64,000 bases of DNA from Bacteroidia bacterium (GTDB lineage: Bacteria > Bacteroidota > Bacteroidia > M30B66). The stretch lies in assembly GCA_965279035.1 (NCBI GenBank), contig OZ257142.1, positions 1,760,001 to 1,824,000 of the forward strand. Direction: 5' to 3'. A model generated the notes under the pieces. The model was not told the DNA's origin. It did no database searches and saw nothing but the letters and a program-made list of their open reading frames with translations. Positions 40,601-47,977 of the stretch are shown in pieces; position 1 is the first letter of the stretch, and every line of letters starts with the position of its first letter. The translations under genes were made by a program, and so were the position numbers.

Positions 40601-43355
40601 ATACCTTCACTTTTACCGATTGATCAGCAGCTCCTGCAATCACGCAGGCATCGCCACCAATAATGCGTCGGTAATAGGTTTTTTGATACAATGCACCCAT
40701 CAGCGCAGCGGAAAGATTTTGAGTAGTTCCTCCACTGATGTTGGTCCAATTGGTACTATCGGTACTCGATTGCCATAAATAAGTGGAAGCAGCTGTTAAT
40801 CCTGAAGGATACGAGCTCGTGGTTCCATTACGGCTAATGGTTGCTAAGGAATAACTTGGAGCAGAACCGCTCAAGCCTGTTACCTGCGCTCCGGCACATA
40901 CGGTTTGACTTCCAGAAATAGTATTGTTCAACAAATCGGGTGGATTTGCCCACACAACCAATCCAGGTTCGTAAATCGAAGTTGAACTTGTTTTCGTTGT
41001 GTTGAGTGCACCTTGTGTGAGTGGAATATTGTTCGACTGCGCAGTCACAATGGTGTAAATACGACAATTCGAAAATTTAATTCCGCGTTCACCTACTGGA
41101 TCGTAATCATCTGCTGATCCACCGTAATATGTACTATAAAGTGGCGAAGCAACTAGGTTTGCTGGTAGTTTGAAAAAGACTTTATCATTTTTAGGTGTAC
41201 CTGAATTACTGCTCGTATTATTCAAATTCGATTGCAAAGCATCCGAAGTGAGTGGAAAGTCGGTACTGTTTGTATATCCGAAAATATAGACATCGTTGTT
41301 GAGGTCCACATTCAATCCCATCATGTTTACTTCATTCAAACTTCCTCCGATATAGGTCGAATTCACGAATGTTTGATTGGTATCCATGCTGGCAACAAAG
41401 AAGTCATTATCGCCGCTATTGTATGAGTTATCGTAATTTCCAGATGCTGGAATATTGCTTGGAGAATCGAGTCCATTGGTTGTTCCTCCAAAATACAAAC
41501 GATTTTTGAGTGTATTAAATTCCATACACAAAATGGAAGTGGATTTACTCGAAGCCGATTTAAAATACGAAGACCAAACAGTAGTTCCGTTCGATTTAAT
41601 TTTTTGAATGAATCCACTTTTCGTTCCGCCCAATGCATTTTGTCGTGCATTGCTTGTCACAGGAAAATCGCTTGAAGTAGTGTATCCTCCTAAGAAAATA
41701 TCTCCATTTGTGGGATTCATTGCCATGATGGTAGCTTGATCCAAGGAAACGTCTTTGGATGCACCTGTTCCACCAAAATTTTTCATCCAGACAATGGAAG
41801 AAAGCGCTTGATTGATTTTGAATAAATGAACATCTGTATTTCCAGTATAACCTGAAGTCCGATTGGTTGCACCGCTCGAAGAATACAGTGTTGCTAAGTT
41901 TTTACTACTCGTATTTCCACAAACAACTACATCACCTGAAGTAGTTAATCGTAAATCGAACGATCCATCATCTCCATCACCACCAATTACAGCAGCTTTA
42001 ATAGCAGTTCCTGCTTGGTTGATTTTTAAGATGAAGGTATTATCTGTTTTTTGCGAACGTTGATCTAAACCTCCTGAATTCCCAAATGCAGATCCTCCAA
42101 TGAGTGGAAAATCAGAACTTCCAGTATAACCAGTAATGTAAAGATTACCATCTGGTCCCATTTCCATCGCGTATGGATTATCGTCGCCCGAACCTCCAAT
42201 ATAGGTTTGCCAAACGCGAGTTCCGCTTCCTCCGATGCTTGATGGTTCCAAGTACTTTCCAACAACTAAATCAATTCCTCCATTCGAAGAATTATCTAAT
42301 GCTCCAACCGAAATTTCGTTGGTTTGTCCATCCACACGGGCAACTACGTAAATAGCACCATCAGTAGGATCAACCCAAATTCCGTGACCATGATTATCGC
42401 CACTTGTTGCATTTTTCCCTGAACCAACTACTTGCGAATTCGAATTCACCCATGTAGCCCAACGCAATGCAATGGGATCGATCACCAAAGGCAAACGTTT
42501 GTTGTATTCTCCTAAATCAAATTGTAGGATTCCTTTTTCATCGAGTTTGTATTTCGATGGAATGTCGATTTGTTTCCCATCTACTTTTTGATACACGATC
42601 GGTTGAGGTAAACGCATCTCACCCACGCTGGTAGAAATGATGAGTTCACCTTTATCCGAAAGTTTCAAACCTGAAACACCTTCCAACTGAATGGCAATGG
42701 CATCTTGCTTAAAACCAGGTTTACAAATGATGTCGTATTCGAGCATCCCATCAGCCGAAGGATAATAACGAACGTCCACTTGATCGTACACGTTGTTATA
42801 CCAAACTTCTTGGAAGCTACTCACCGAAGAAGCTTGACCACTTCCTGAGAAATAACTCATTTGATCGCCATGTTTCTGACGAGCATCAATGCTCATTTTT
42901 TCAGAACCATGAAGGAATTTCATCATCCAAGCATGCGACCGCACTTTGGCGATATCCTCTGTAAAAGGAACACCATCGCGATGCGCTTCTTCTTCGCGCA
43001 TACTTTGTTCGCTATGTCGAGCAAGATCATCTTCACTAAACCAACGCATCACAACACCATCGCGTGTTACGAGCGCTTTTCCTTGTGGGAATTCGGCTTT
43101 ATAAAGGATTTCCTTTTCCCACTGACCTTTGTTTTCGGTAAAGTGAATTTGCTTTTCAAAATAATGAAGCAAGCTTTCCACATCCGGATCCTTTTGAGTT
43201 CCGGTTTGCAAAGGCAAATTCCGACTCGGATTGTTTTGTGAAAATCCAAATACTGGTTGGATGAAAAGGCTTGAAAACAACAATAAGCGCTTAAGCCAGT
43301 TTGACTGACTAGCACATTTGATTGTTTTATTTCTGTAGGTAGGGCTTATAATCAT
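31620..43355 (-). CDS. Giant (3911 aa) T9SS-secreted adhesin-like protein: FxENKGQW N-domain, SBBP propeller, SprB repeats, HYR-like and ANDD Ig/cadherin-like repeats, T9SS CTD
   Basis: FTENKGQW...PLVIDP; TYIGGSGDD propeller repeats; GGTSPYTY; many APTWTS..GSLN...ATDNCG...YTNTWxAKDACNN units; ANDDAG...NDQLNG...GxYxLxYRICE units; LFPNP...LPTGIY. Confidence 0.92.
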   Translation of the reverse strand: MIISPTYRNKTIKCASQSNWLKRLLLFSSLFIQPVFGFSQNNPSRNLPLQTGTQKDPDVESLLHYFEKQIHFTENKGQWEKEILYKAEFPQGKALVTRDGVVMRWFSEDDLARHSEQSMREEEAHRDGVPFTEDIAKVRSHAWMMKFLHGSEKMSIDARQKHGDQMSYFSGSGQASSVSSFQEVWYNNVYDQVDVRYYPSADGMLEYDIICKPGFKQDAIAIQLEGVSGLKLSDKGELIISTSVGEMRLPQPIVYQKVDGKQIDIPSKYKLDEKGILQFDLGEYNKRLPLVIDPIALRWATWVNSNSQVVGSGKNATSGDNHGHGIWVDPTDGAIYVVARVDGQTNEISVGALDNSSNGGIDLVVGKYLEPSSIGGSGTRVWQTYIGGSGDDNPYAMEMGPDGNLYITGYTGSSDFPLIGGSAFGNSGGLDQRSQKTDNTFILKINQAGTAIKAAVIGGDGDDGSFDLRLTTSGDVVVCGNTSSKNLATLYSSSGATNRTSGYTGNTDVHLFKINQALSSIVWMKNFGGTGASKDVSLDQATIMAMNPTNGDIFLGGYTTSSDFPVTSNARQNALGGTKSGFIQKIKSNGTTVWSSYFKSASSKSTSILCMEFNTLKNRLYFGGTTNGLDSPSNIPASGNYDNSYNSGDNDFFVASMDTNQTFVNSTYIGGSLNEVNMMGLNVDLNNDVYIFGYTNSTDFPLTSDALQSNLNNTSSNSGTPKNDKVFFKLPANLVASPLYSTYYGGSADDYDPVGERGIKFSNCRIYTIVTAQSNNIPLTQGALNTTKTSSTSIYEPGLVVWANPPDLLNNTISGSQTVCAGAQVTGLSGSAPSYSLATISRNGTTSSYPSGLTAASTYLWQSSTDSTNWTNISGGTTQNLSAALMGALYQKTYYRRIIGGDACVIAGAADQSVKVKVLSVPANITNVSCYGLNNGSITATPDGTAPYTYSWKRQGNNTVISTVATISNLQPGSYVITCTDASGCSASATHTVTQPSAALSATTGSTNATCGGSNGIATVTASGGTSPYTYLWSSGATTASASGLSAGPYSVVVTDANGCTFSANAIVSNTSNLSISTSGVTHVSCFGQSTGAFSALGANGTLPYEYSFNSGAYGSTHAFSNLATGTYTVSVKDGTGCIATAIVQINQPSAALSASITSQTNVTCGTLGSATVTAVGGTSPYTYAWSPSGGTLATASSLTPGNYQVQVRDAALCPAVTVNLSITNSDNNAPTWTSVAGSLNTSVSCSNASALATAQALAPVATDDCGNVTYTKTSGVFVAGSCGSTGTYTNTWIAKDAALNASGIFTQVITVTDAIAPTWTSIAESLNRTVDCNDAAALAAAQGLAPSATDNCGSVTYTKTSGSFVVGQCGLSGTYTNSWVAKDACNNTSTAFTQVISVIDALAPTWTTVAGALNQTISCSNTQAIAAAQLLSPVASDLCGTVSYVKSGGEFLAGACGGTYTTTWIAKDACNNESATFTQVITVTDDVVPTITTCSPNQTIASNASCKGIVPDFTTGIVASDNCTATNSLSISQSPLAGTLVSPGTHTITITVKDACGNTKTCTSNLIVSGPIAAVNDAGNSVNGYAGGVSLSDVLANDSLNCSLVNPAHVTLSFVSSTHAGITLNGSSVSVLAGTLAGTYSLTYSICDVQHPSNCDEATVSVPVSAAPIQANDDSGISVNGFTGGTANSNVLSNDKLNGITVIPAEVITSFVSASHAGITLSGSAVEVAPGTPAGSYSLVYRICEVLNPTNCDEATVSVSVSAASIAANNDAGSAVNGFLGGTSFVNILSNDQLNGSSVLPENVVITLVNASNPGISLSGSNVIVAAGTTAGNYTLNYRICELLNPSNCDEASVSVPVIAAPPVASKGEIAACYSSVNDAKNAAIAATQVTATNCSGEISKSASVVGTCSAEVTVTVNDECGNTGSVVYSTRIDNAAPTWTSAANSLNRSVACNDTAGLSAAQALSPVANDNCEGTISYTRTAGLFISGACGSTGTYTNSWTASDACGNVSSSFVQVIQIIDESAPTWTSTAGSLDRSVSCSNDDGITAAQALMPSATDNCGGTVNVTKTTGSYVALACGGTYTNTFVAKDECNNSSITFTQTITLTDDIAPIWFSQAGSLNAQVQCGNTAALTQAQSLAPTATDNCGTVTYTKTSGEFVAGSCGSTGSYTNTWIAKDNCSNESLVFTQVIQIIDEQAPTWTTSATALNTTVEAGNAQALATAQSQAPIASDVCTDVTYVKTPGAFTAGECSGSGSYTNTWIAKDACNNESAVFTQVILVGDQTGPSITECSPTQTINANAGCQALVPDFTSGIVANDNGSESSNLNIIQNPSAGTPVGPGTHTITITVTDACGNPSICHTSLVVNSVIAANDDAGNSVNGFIGGTSLANVLLNDQLNCALVESGDVTISFVSSTNSNIGLSGTSVVVSPGTPAGDYSLVYRICEVSNPTVCDEASVSVSVSAASIVANDDSGIPVNGYTGGTAVSNVLVNDQLNGSTVNAGDVVLTFLNASHAGITLSGSSVNVAAGTPAGNYTLSYRICEVMNPSNCDDADVSITVNHTAIVANDDAGASINGYEGGTAFSNVLSNDQLNGNNVNPSEITLSFVSSSNAGITLSGNNVVIAPGTPAGQYSLTYRICEILNPTNCDEAQVSGTITSAPIVANDDAGSTVNGFAGGTAFVNVLSNDRLNGTDVNPSEVTLSFVSSSIPAVSLSGLNVIVAPNTTSGTYSLTYRICEILNPSNCDEASVSIPVSAEAPVATKGSIESCYPNRAAAEAAAIEATTVAAGNCAGDVTKTASTEGTCTAVITVTVADNCGNSGIVSYETHIDGAEPVWSTAEDALNVTLACTDLQGLANAQNTAPVAFDLCENLSYHKTSGSFVAGSCGLSGSYTNTWYVSDDCGNTSSTFTQVITIADTQAPEWTSAANSLNRTISCTDHAGLTGAQALEPIAGDDCGGDVTITKTEGVFAPAACGGSYTNTFIAKDACGNESLAFTQVISIVDEEAPVWTSAAGSLNISIAYGDTSGLIAAQAMAPSASDNCDETVSYVKTSGVFEFASCGGTYTNRWTAKDDCNNSSATEFVQVITITDDVNPTWISEAGSLNVTVSCSNAQALITVQAMRPDVRDNVDAVDFEIHKFAGSFIASSCGGTYTNTFTTSDACGNQSDVFTQVITVTDDAAPTWTSAANALNRSVSCSNTSALNAAQVLQPIATDNCGSIILTKYPGEFVAAACGGTYTNTWIARDACNNASTVYTQVITITDNTAPTWVSAAGSLNRTMAVSNEQALILAQSLAPEASDLCSQVTYTKTAGTFAPTSCGGTYTNTWVAKDACNNSSTTFTQVITLTEQSAPIWVSAAGSLNRMVECGNTADLNAAQALAPIATDNNGSVTITKTTGAFSGAVCGGIYTNTWTAKDACNNVSAVFTQVITIYDYSNPIISNAGPNKTITCPTVAQFDAPTATDNCGTPSMVVISTVTCAPSIVTGIYTITRKWKAVDACGNSSGIRTQVITVNPMQSTVNQSICAGSSYTFYGQSYSQPGTYTKLTTNEQGCNLLAKLILTVRTPSIAASGINTSSPSVPSGASVALSVSGGMLGTDAVWKWYKGACGTGVYMGSGPSLIVSPTQNTTYFVRAEGPCGITSCVQKTIFVEPTGSCTVQEIVSFTQGKRKDMSNVLAARSVQSNCLGNPQYNDSQNAPINFLSLGFGGELIVKFPGPIANGAGNDLRIVETSFGNPSCGNYKERIRVSISQDGTNYSILGEGCLDTDFNFDAANMGWAQYVKITDISLRSDFPAADADGFDVDGVICLNGSAVFARLSNEEEPQELSQERGSSMKLFPNPNDGNVNVTLPAYKGKAQLRVFNTVGQLIASYPLNATDHPEASNFKLSLSLLPTGIYQVNFEAEGKAEALKFFKQ

Positions 43356-43802
43356 AAGCGATAAATTGGTTGGGTTTTGATGGATAAAACTCTTTACTGA
43401 TGAGGAGTGTGAGCCTTTTTTAGGTTTCGAATTTTAATCCGGTTTTGTTGCGTTTTTGTTTGAAATAGGTTGACATTTCTTTGTTTTATTACTCAGCTTT
43501 ATACCTAAATCTCGTGTGGGGGTTTCCCTTCAGACACCCTAGAATTCATCAAGTCTTCAAAATGGGTGATAGGAAAATCGGACATCTTGTTTTTATTTTT
43601 CAATTCAAACTTTCATTTAAAGCAGCCGATTAACTCGTATTGTTTGATCACAACACGTATTAACCTGAATTCTATTTTGAGATACAATTCAGATTTGTGT
43701 GTAAGTTTTTATTGCATTCTTTTTAAAAAAATGCTGCCTTAAAGGAATTAGGATGGTTTGTGTTTGAATGAATAACTAGTGTTAGTTGATTCAATCATTC
43801 CT

Positions 43803-43810
43803 TAGCTTTG
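43803..43810 (+). promoter_or_regulatory. Sigma-A -7 element (TAGCTTTG) of the uORF-TonB operon
   Basis: Matches TAnnTTTG directly before GTG 43815 / ATG 43821. Confidence 0.65.
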
Positions 43811-43820
43811 CTTTGTGAAA

Positions 43821-44204
43821 ATGAAATCGCTTTCGGGTTATTTGTTGCTGATGGTTTTCTGTCTGCGCTTCCTGCCATCGCTGGAAATGCACGACCATCG
43901 TACCTCCCATGAGCGATGCATTCAGGAGCATTTAGAACATCGCAATCAATATAGTTCTTGCGAATTGACTGAGGTCTTAGGATGGGATTTCGGAGGACAT
44001 TGTTCCGATAAAAATCACTTGAAAGAAACCCAAAAAGAATGCGCTTCTTGCGGTTTCGACTTTATTAAGAATTTCGATGCGGCTGTATTTTCAGTTCAAG
44101 AAGTAAGCACATTTCATTTAGCCAACATCGATTTTCCAATCGAAAATTGCTACTCCGGATTTACCTTATTGTTATGCAATAAAGGGCCGCCTGCCTTTGC
44201 CTGA
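43821..44204 (+). CDS. His/Cys-rich DUF2946-like upstream ORF, putative arrest-peptide regulator
   Basis: Hydrophobic N-terminus; HDH..H...EHLEH, HC...H, CASC; C-terminal NKGPPAFA; 49 nt before a TonB receptor; alternative GTG at 43815. Confidence 0.65.
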   Translation: MKSLSGYLLLMVFCLRFLPSLEMHDHRTSHERCIQEHLEHRNQYSSCELTEVLGWDFGGHCSDKNHLKETQKECASCGFDFIKNFDAAVFSVQEVSTFHLANIDFPIENCYSGFTLLLCNKGPPAFA

Positions 44205-44253
44205 TATCAAATAGTACTATTCATTTCCTAATCAGGTCCAACAATTTTAAAGC

Positions 44254-46602
44254 ATGTCAATTCCATTTTCCTTTGGTAGGAAAGTGCTGACACTATTCCT
44301 GTTTCTATATATTCCTATGCATTATTGTAGTGCACAGGATTGTGACAGTCGTTTGTTTTTGCATTTCTCCAATCCTTCTGCAAAGCCCGTTGCAGTAAAA
44401 CTATTTTTCAAGAATTCAGAACGAACACTTTCGTTTAATTCATCCATAATGCTTTCTACATTATGTCCCGGACAATACCGCATTGTTTTGCTCCAAGCAG
44501 GATATCTTCCCTTGGATACGAGTTTCACACTGGCTAAATCTCTCGATTTAATTCTTCCACTTATTCCACGTGTGAAAGAATTGAAAGAACTTGAAATTCA
44601 TGAGGATCATCTCGATCAACAAGGGCGATTAACGCTGCAATCATCTCAACTGAATGCATCACAATGGCAAGCAAATGCAGGCAAACCATTGGGCGAAATG
44701 TTGAAGGAGGCGAGTGGAGTGAGTAGTTTGCAATCGGGTCCAACCATTTCGAAACCGGTCATTCATGGTTTACATAGCAATCGGGTAGTATTGATTAACA
44801 ATGGCATTCGGCTGGAAAGTCAGCAATGGGGCGCCGAACACGCTCCGGAGATTGATCCATTTAATGTTGTGAGTGCAACAGTTTTAAAAGGAGCTGCCAG
44901 TTTACGCTATGGTTCAGATGCGATAGCAGGCGTTGTATTACTTCAACCTAAAACGATGGATTTTGAGAAAGGCACACGAGGCGAAGTAGTTCTCAATGGA
45001 ATGAGCAATGGTAGAATGGGCGCTGCATCTGCACGAATTGAACATGCGTTTGGAGGGAAATTCAAAGGCATGGGAATTCGAATTCAAGGAACACTAAAAG
45101 ATGCAGGAAATATAAAAACACCTACCTATTATTTGAAAAATACAGGCATGTGTGAAAACGATGTTTCAGCGACTTGGATGTATACGAATAAACGTGTAGC
45201 AATGGAAATTTCTGGGTCGATTTTCAAAACTCAAATCGGGATTTTTACAGGTTCACATGTGGGGAATCTCAAAGACTTGGAAGCTGCTCTTCAAAGCGTT
45301 TTTCCTAAAGATTCTTCCGGATTCTCTCGCAAAATTGAACGTGGTTTTCAAGAAGTAAAACACGAAACATTCAAAGCACGTTTTTGCTATCATTTAAATG
45401 AATACAAACAGCTAGAAATTGTATACGGACTTCAACGCAATCACCGTCAAGAATACGATAGCGGCTTGCCTTTAAGTACCAATCCTGCGATATTAAATGC
45501 TGCTCAAGCCGACTTTTTAATTAGCACCAATACACTCGATGTTTTGTATTCTGAGAAGCTCAATGGGTTGTATTCATTGTCGATAGGAGCAAGTTTGCTG
45601 AGTCAAGGAAATGTGTTTAAAGGATTAGAATACCGTGCATTAATTCCCAATTTTCGAAACAATGGCGCAGGTAGTTTTATCGCGCTTTCGCGAAAGAAAA
45701 AAAGGTTGATTATCGAAGCTGGTTTACGTTACGATTATCGCTGGTTGGAGTGTTATCGATTGGATTATACAACACTCGAAACCTTTGCAACATTGCATCA
45801 ATTCCAAAATGGTTCCTTTTCACTTGGAGGCTTGTATCAATTCAACGAAAAGTTCAGCATACAGACAAATGTAGGTTCAGCATGGCGTGCACCCAACGTG
45901 AATGAATTATACGGAAACGGAGTTCATCAAAGTGCTGCTTCATTCGAAATTGGAGATAGTACTTTACTTAGCGAACGTGCTTATAATGCTATCATTTCAG
46001 GCCTTTGGGAAAGTAGTAAATCACGTTTCGAAATTGGAATTTATCGAAATCAACTAGATCATTTCATTTTCTTAAAACCACTTCTTGTCCCAGTAATTAC
46101 CATTGCCGGAGCTTATCCAGCCTTTCAACAAACTCAGGTAAATGCAGTATTCACTGGACTCGATTTCGATTTTAAAACCATCCTCTGGAGAAGTCTTAAA
46201 ATAGGAGGGAAGTTGGCTCTGATTCAAGGGTATAATCGAACAATTCATGATTATTTAGTCTACACTCCTTCGAACCGAGGAGACATGTTTTTGATGATCG
46301 AAGGCAATGCGAATGAACGTGGGAAAAAGTCCTATGTCAAGTTGAGTGCTCAGTATGTAGCTCGACAAAATCATGTACCATCGAATAGCGATTATGTAGC
46401 TCCCCCGGCAGACTATTTTCTGATGAATTTCGATGCTGGATTATCAGTAGGGAAGAAGCATCCAATCGATTTGGGATTTTCAATTTACAATGTATTCAAT
46501 ACACAATACCGAGAGTATTTAAATCGCTTTCGGTATTTTGCAAATGAGCAGGGACGATCGTTTGTTCTAAGAATTTCTGTCCCCTTTACTCTAAAAAAAT
46601 AA
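44254..46602 (+). CDS. TonB-dependent receptor, probably metal-ion uptake
   Basis: Plug motifs KPVIHGLHSNRV, QQWGAEHAPEID, KGAASLRYGSDAIAGV; RAPNVNELYGNGVH; C-terminal YLNRFRYF...GR. Confidence 0.92.
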   Translation: MSIPFSFGRKVLTLFLFLYIPMHYCSAQDCDSRLFLHFSNPSAKPVAVKLFFKNSERTLSFNSSIMLSTLCPGQYRIVLLQAGYLPLDTSFTLAKSLDLILPLIPRVKELKELEIHEDHLDQQGRLTLQSSQLNASQWQANAGKPLGEMLKEASGVSSLQSGPTISKPVIHGLHSNRVVLINNGIRLESQQWGAEHAPEIDPFNVVSATVLKGAASLRYGSDAIAGVVLLQPKTMDFEKGTRGEVVLNGMSNGRMGAASARIEHAFGGKFKGMGIRIQGTLKDAGNIKTPTYYLKNTGMCENDVSATWMYTNKRVAMEISGSIFKTQIGIFTGSHVGNLKDLEAALQSVFPKDSSGFSRKIERGFQEVKHETFKARFCYHLNEYKQLEIVYGLQRNHRQEYDSGLPLSTNPAILNAAQADFLISTNTLDVLYSEKLNGLYSLSIGASLLSQGNVFKGLEYRALIPNFRNNGAGSFIALSRKKKRLIIEAGLRYDYRWLECYRLDYTTLETFATLHQFQNGSFSLGGLYQFNEKFSIQTNVGSAWRAPNVNELYGNGVHQSAASFEIGDSTLLSERAYNAIISGLWESSKSRFEIGIYRNQLDHFIFLKPLLVPVITIAGAYPAFQQTQVNAVFTGLDFDFKTILWRSLKIGGKLALIQGYNRTIHDYLVYTPSNRGDMFLMIEGNANERGKKSYVKLSAQYVARQNHVPSNSDYVAPPADYFLMNFDAGLSVGKKHPIDLGFSIYNVFNTQYREYLNRFRYFANEQGRSFVLRISVPFTLKK

Positions 46603-46605
46603 ACC

Positions 46606-47184
46606 ATGAAAAATCATAAACGCTTTTGGAATATCATTTTTTCAATTTCCATTCTATTTGGAATGAATGGGTGTAAAAAGGACGAACAAGTTGTTTCTCC
46701 ACCTTTACCCGGAAATGAATTAATCACAACGGTGAAACTACAATTTATCAGTAGTGATCAGGCTGATACAATTCAAGCTGTGTGGCGCGATTTAACTCCA
46801 AACGACATCAATCCTCCGGATACGAGTGCCGCTGTAATTTCACTGCGTGCGAATAAATCCTATCAAGCAGAAATTGCTTTTTGGGATGAAACAAAATCTC
46901 CAGCAGTCGACTTAACTCCTGAGATTAAACAACGCGGTAATTATCACCGAATCTTTTATTTTTCTTCTAGCCTTTTGGGAAATAATCTCGTATTCATCAT
47001 CAACGATTTTGACACGAATTCTCCACCTTTGGCATTAGGAATTTCATCTACATGTACAACGCATGATGTATCTTCGGGCTTCCTAAATGTTATTTTAAAA
47101 CATCAACCTAACGTAAAAGATGGCACATTTGCACCCGGTTCAATTGATCTCGATGTGAATTTTCAAGTGTCTATTCAACCTTAA
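46606..47184 (+). CDS. Lipoprotein associated with the TonB receptor
   Basis: Lipobox MNGC; ELITTV..F, W.D, EI....YH..FY, ILKHQP..K, DLDV.F motifs. Confidence 0.75.
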   Translation: MKNHKRFWNIIFSISILFGMNGCKKDEQVVSPPLPGNELITTVKLQFISSDQADTIQAVWRDLTPNDINPPDTSAAVISLRANKSYQAEIAFWDETKSPAVDLTPEIKQRGNYHRIFYFSSSLLGNNLVFIINDFDTNSPPLALGISSTCTTHDVSSGFLNVILKHQPNVKDGTFAPGSIDLDVNFQVSIQP

Positions 47185-47193
47185 TTCTCCGCA

Positions 47194-47904
47194 ATGAAAA
47201 AAATATTCTTAACAAGCTTTCTTTTTTGCTCTCTTATTTCATGGGCGCAAACCGACAAAGGAACCTACTTTATAGACCTTACAGCAGGTGTAGCTTTTGC
47301 TTCTGGCAATTTCATCAAAACCGATTATGCCGATTCCACTTCTGGATTTGCGCAATCGACCGGTTTGGCTATTCAGTGGAAATCGGGTGTTTTTATTCGA
47401 AAGAATTTTTCGATCAATATGGTCATTGGTTCAAACCAATTTGGAATTGCTGAATTGCAGAAAATGGCCGATGGATTTTTGAGCGATTTTAATGTGGATA
47501 GCACCACCGTTACTGTGAAAGGAAAATATGCAAGTGCGAATTATTTGTTAGGTCCTTCTTATTCATATCCTCTAGGGAAATTGATTCTCGATGCACATGT
47601 TTTAGCTGGAATTTCCACCTTGCAAATACCTCAAATGAAGGTTGATTTGGAAGATAATACCAGTGCAACGTTTTATCAGAAGAAATCAAGCGGGATAGGA
47701 TTTGGATTGCAATCCGGTATTGGAATAAAATACTTCTTAGGAGAACATTTCGCTTTAAGTTTTAACGGTGATTATTTACTAGCTAAACCCAAAGTCAGCA
47801 TCGAAAACGAAAACAGAACCAATACTGCGGGCAGGTATTTAAGAACCTATCAGCAATCGATTGGTGGCATTTCAGCTAAACTGGGATTGACGTATGTTTT
47901 TTAA
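47194..47904 (+). CDS. Outer-membrane beta-barrel protein
   Basis: Signal peptide; amphipathic strands; C-terminal LGLTYVF. Confidence 0.8.
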   Translation: MKKIFLTSFLFCSLISWAQTDKGTYFIDLTAGVAFASGNFIKTDYADSTSGFAQSTGLAIQWKSGVFIRKNFSINMVIGSNQFGIAELQKMADGFLSDFNVDSTTVTVKGKYASANYLLGPSYSYPLGKLILDAHVLAGISTLQIPQMKVDLEDNTSATFYQKKSSGIGFGLQSGIGIKYFLGEHFALSFNGDYLLAKPKVSIENENRTNTAGRYLRTYQQSIGGISAKLGLTYVF

Positions 47905-47977
47905 TTGATAATCGCTGTTGATTCATGCGCGATGGTATATTTTCTATGAGGATGTTTGTGCTGCATAAGTTGAATCA

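Noticed and set aside
31620-43355. Diversity-generating retroelement or phase-variable shuffling among the giant gene's repeats; many short opposite-strand ORFs
   Set aside because: No reverse transcriptase or recombinase nearby and no adenine-specific template/variable pair noticed; the short ORFs are shadows of a long CDS
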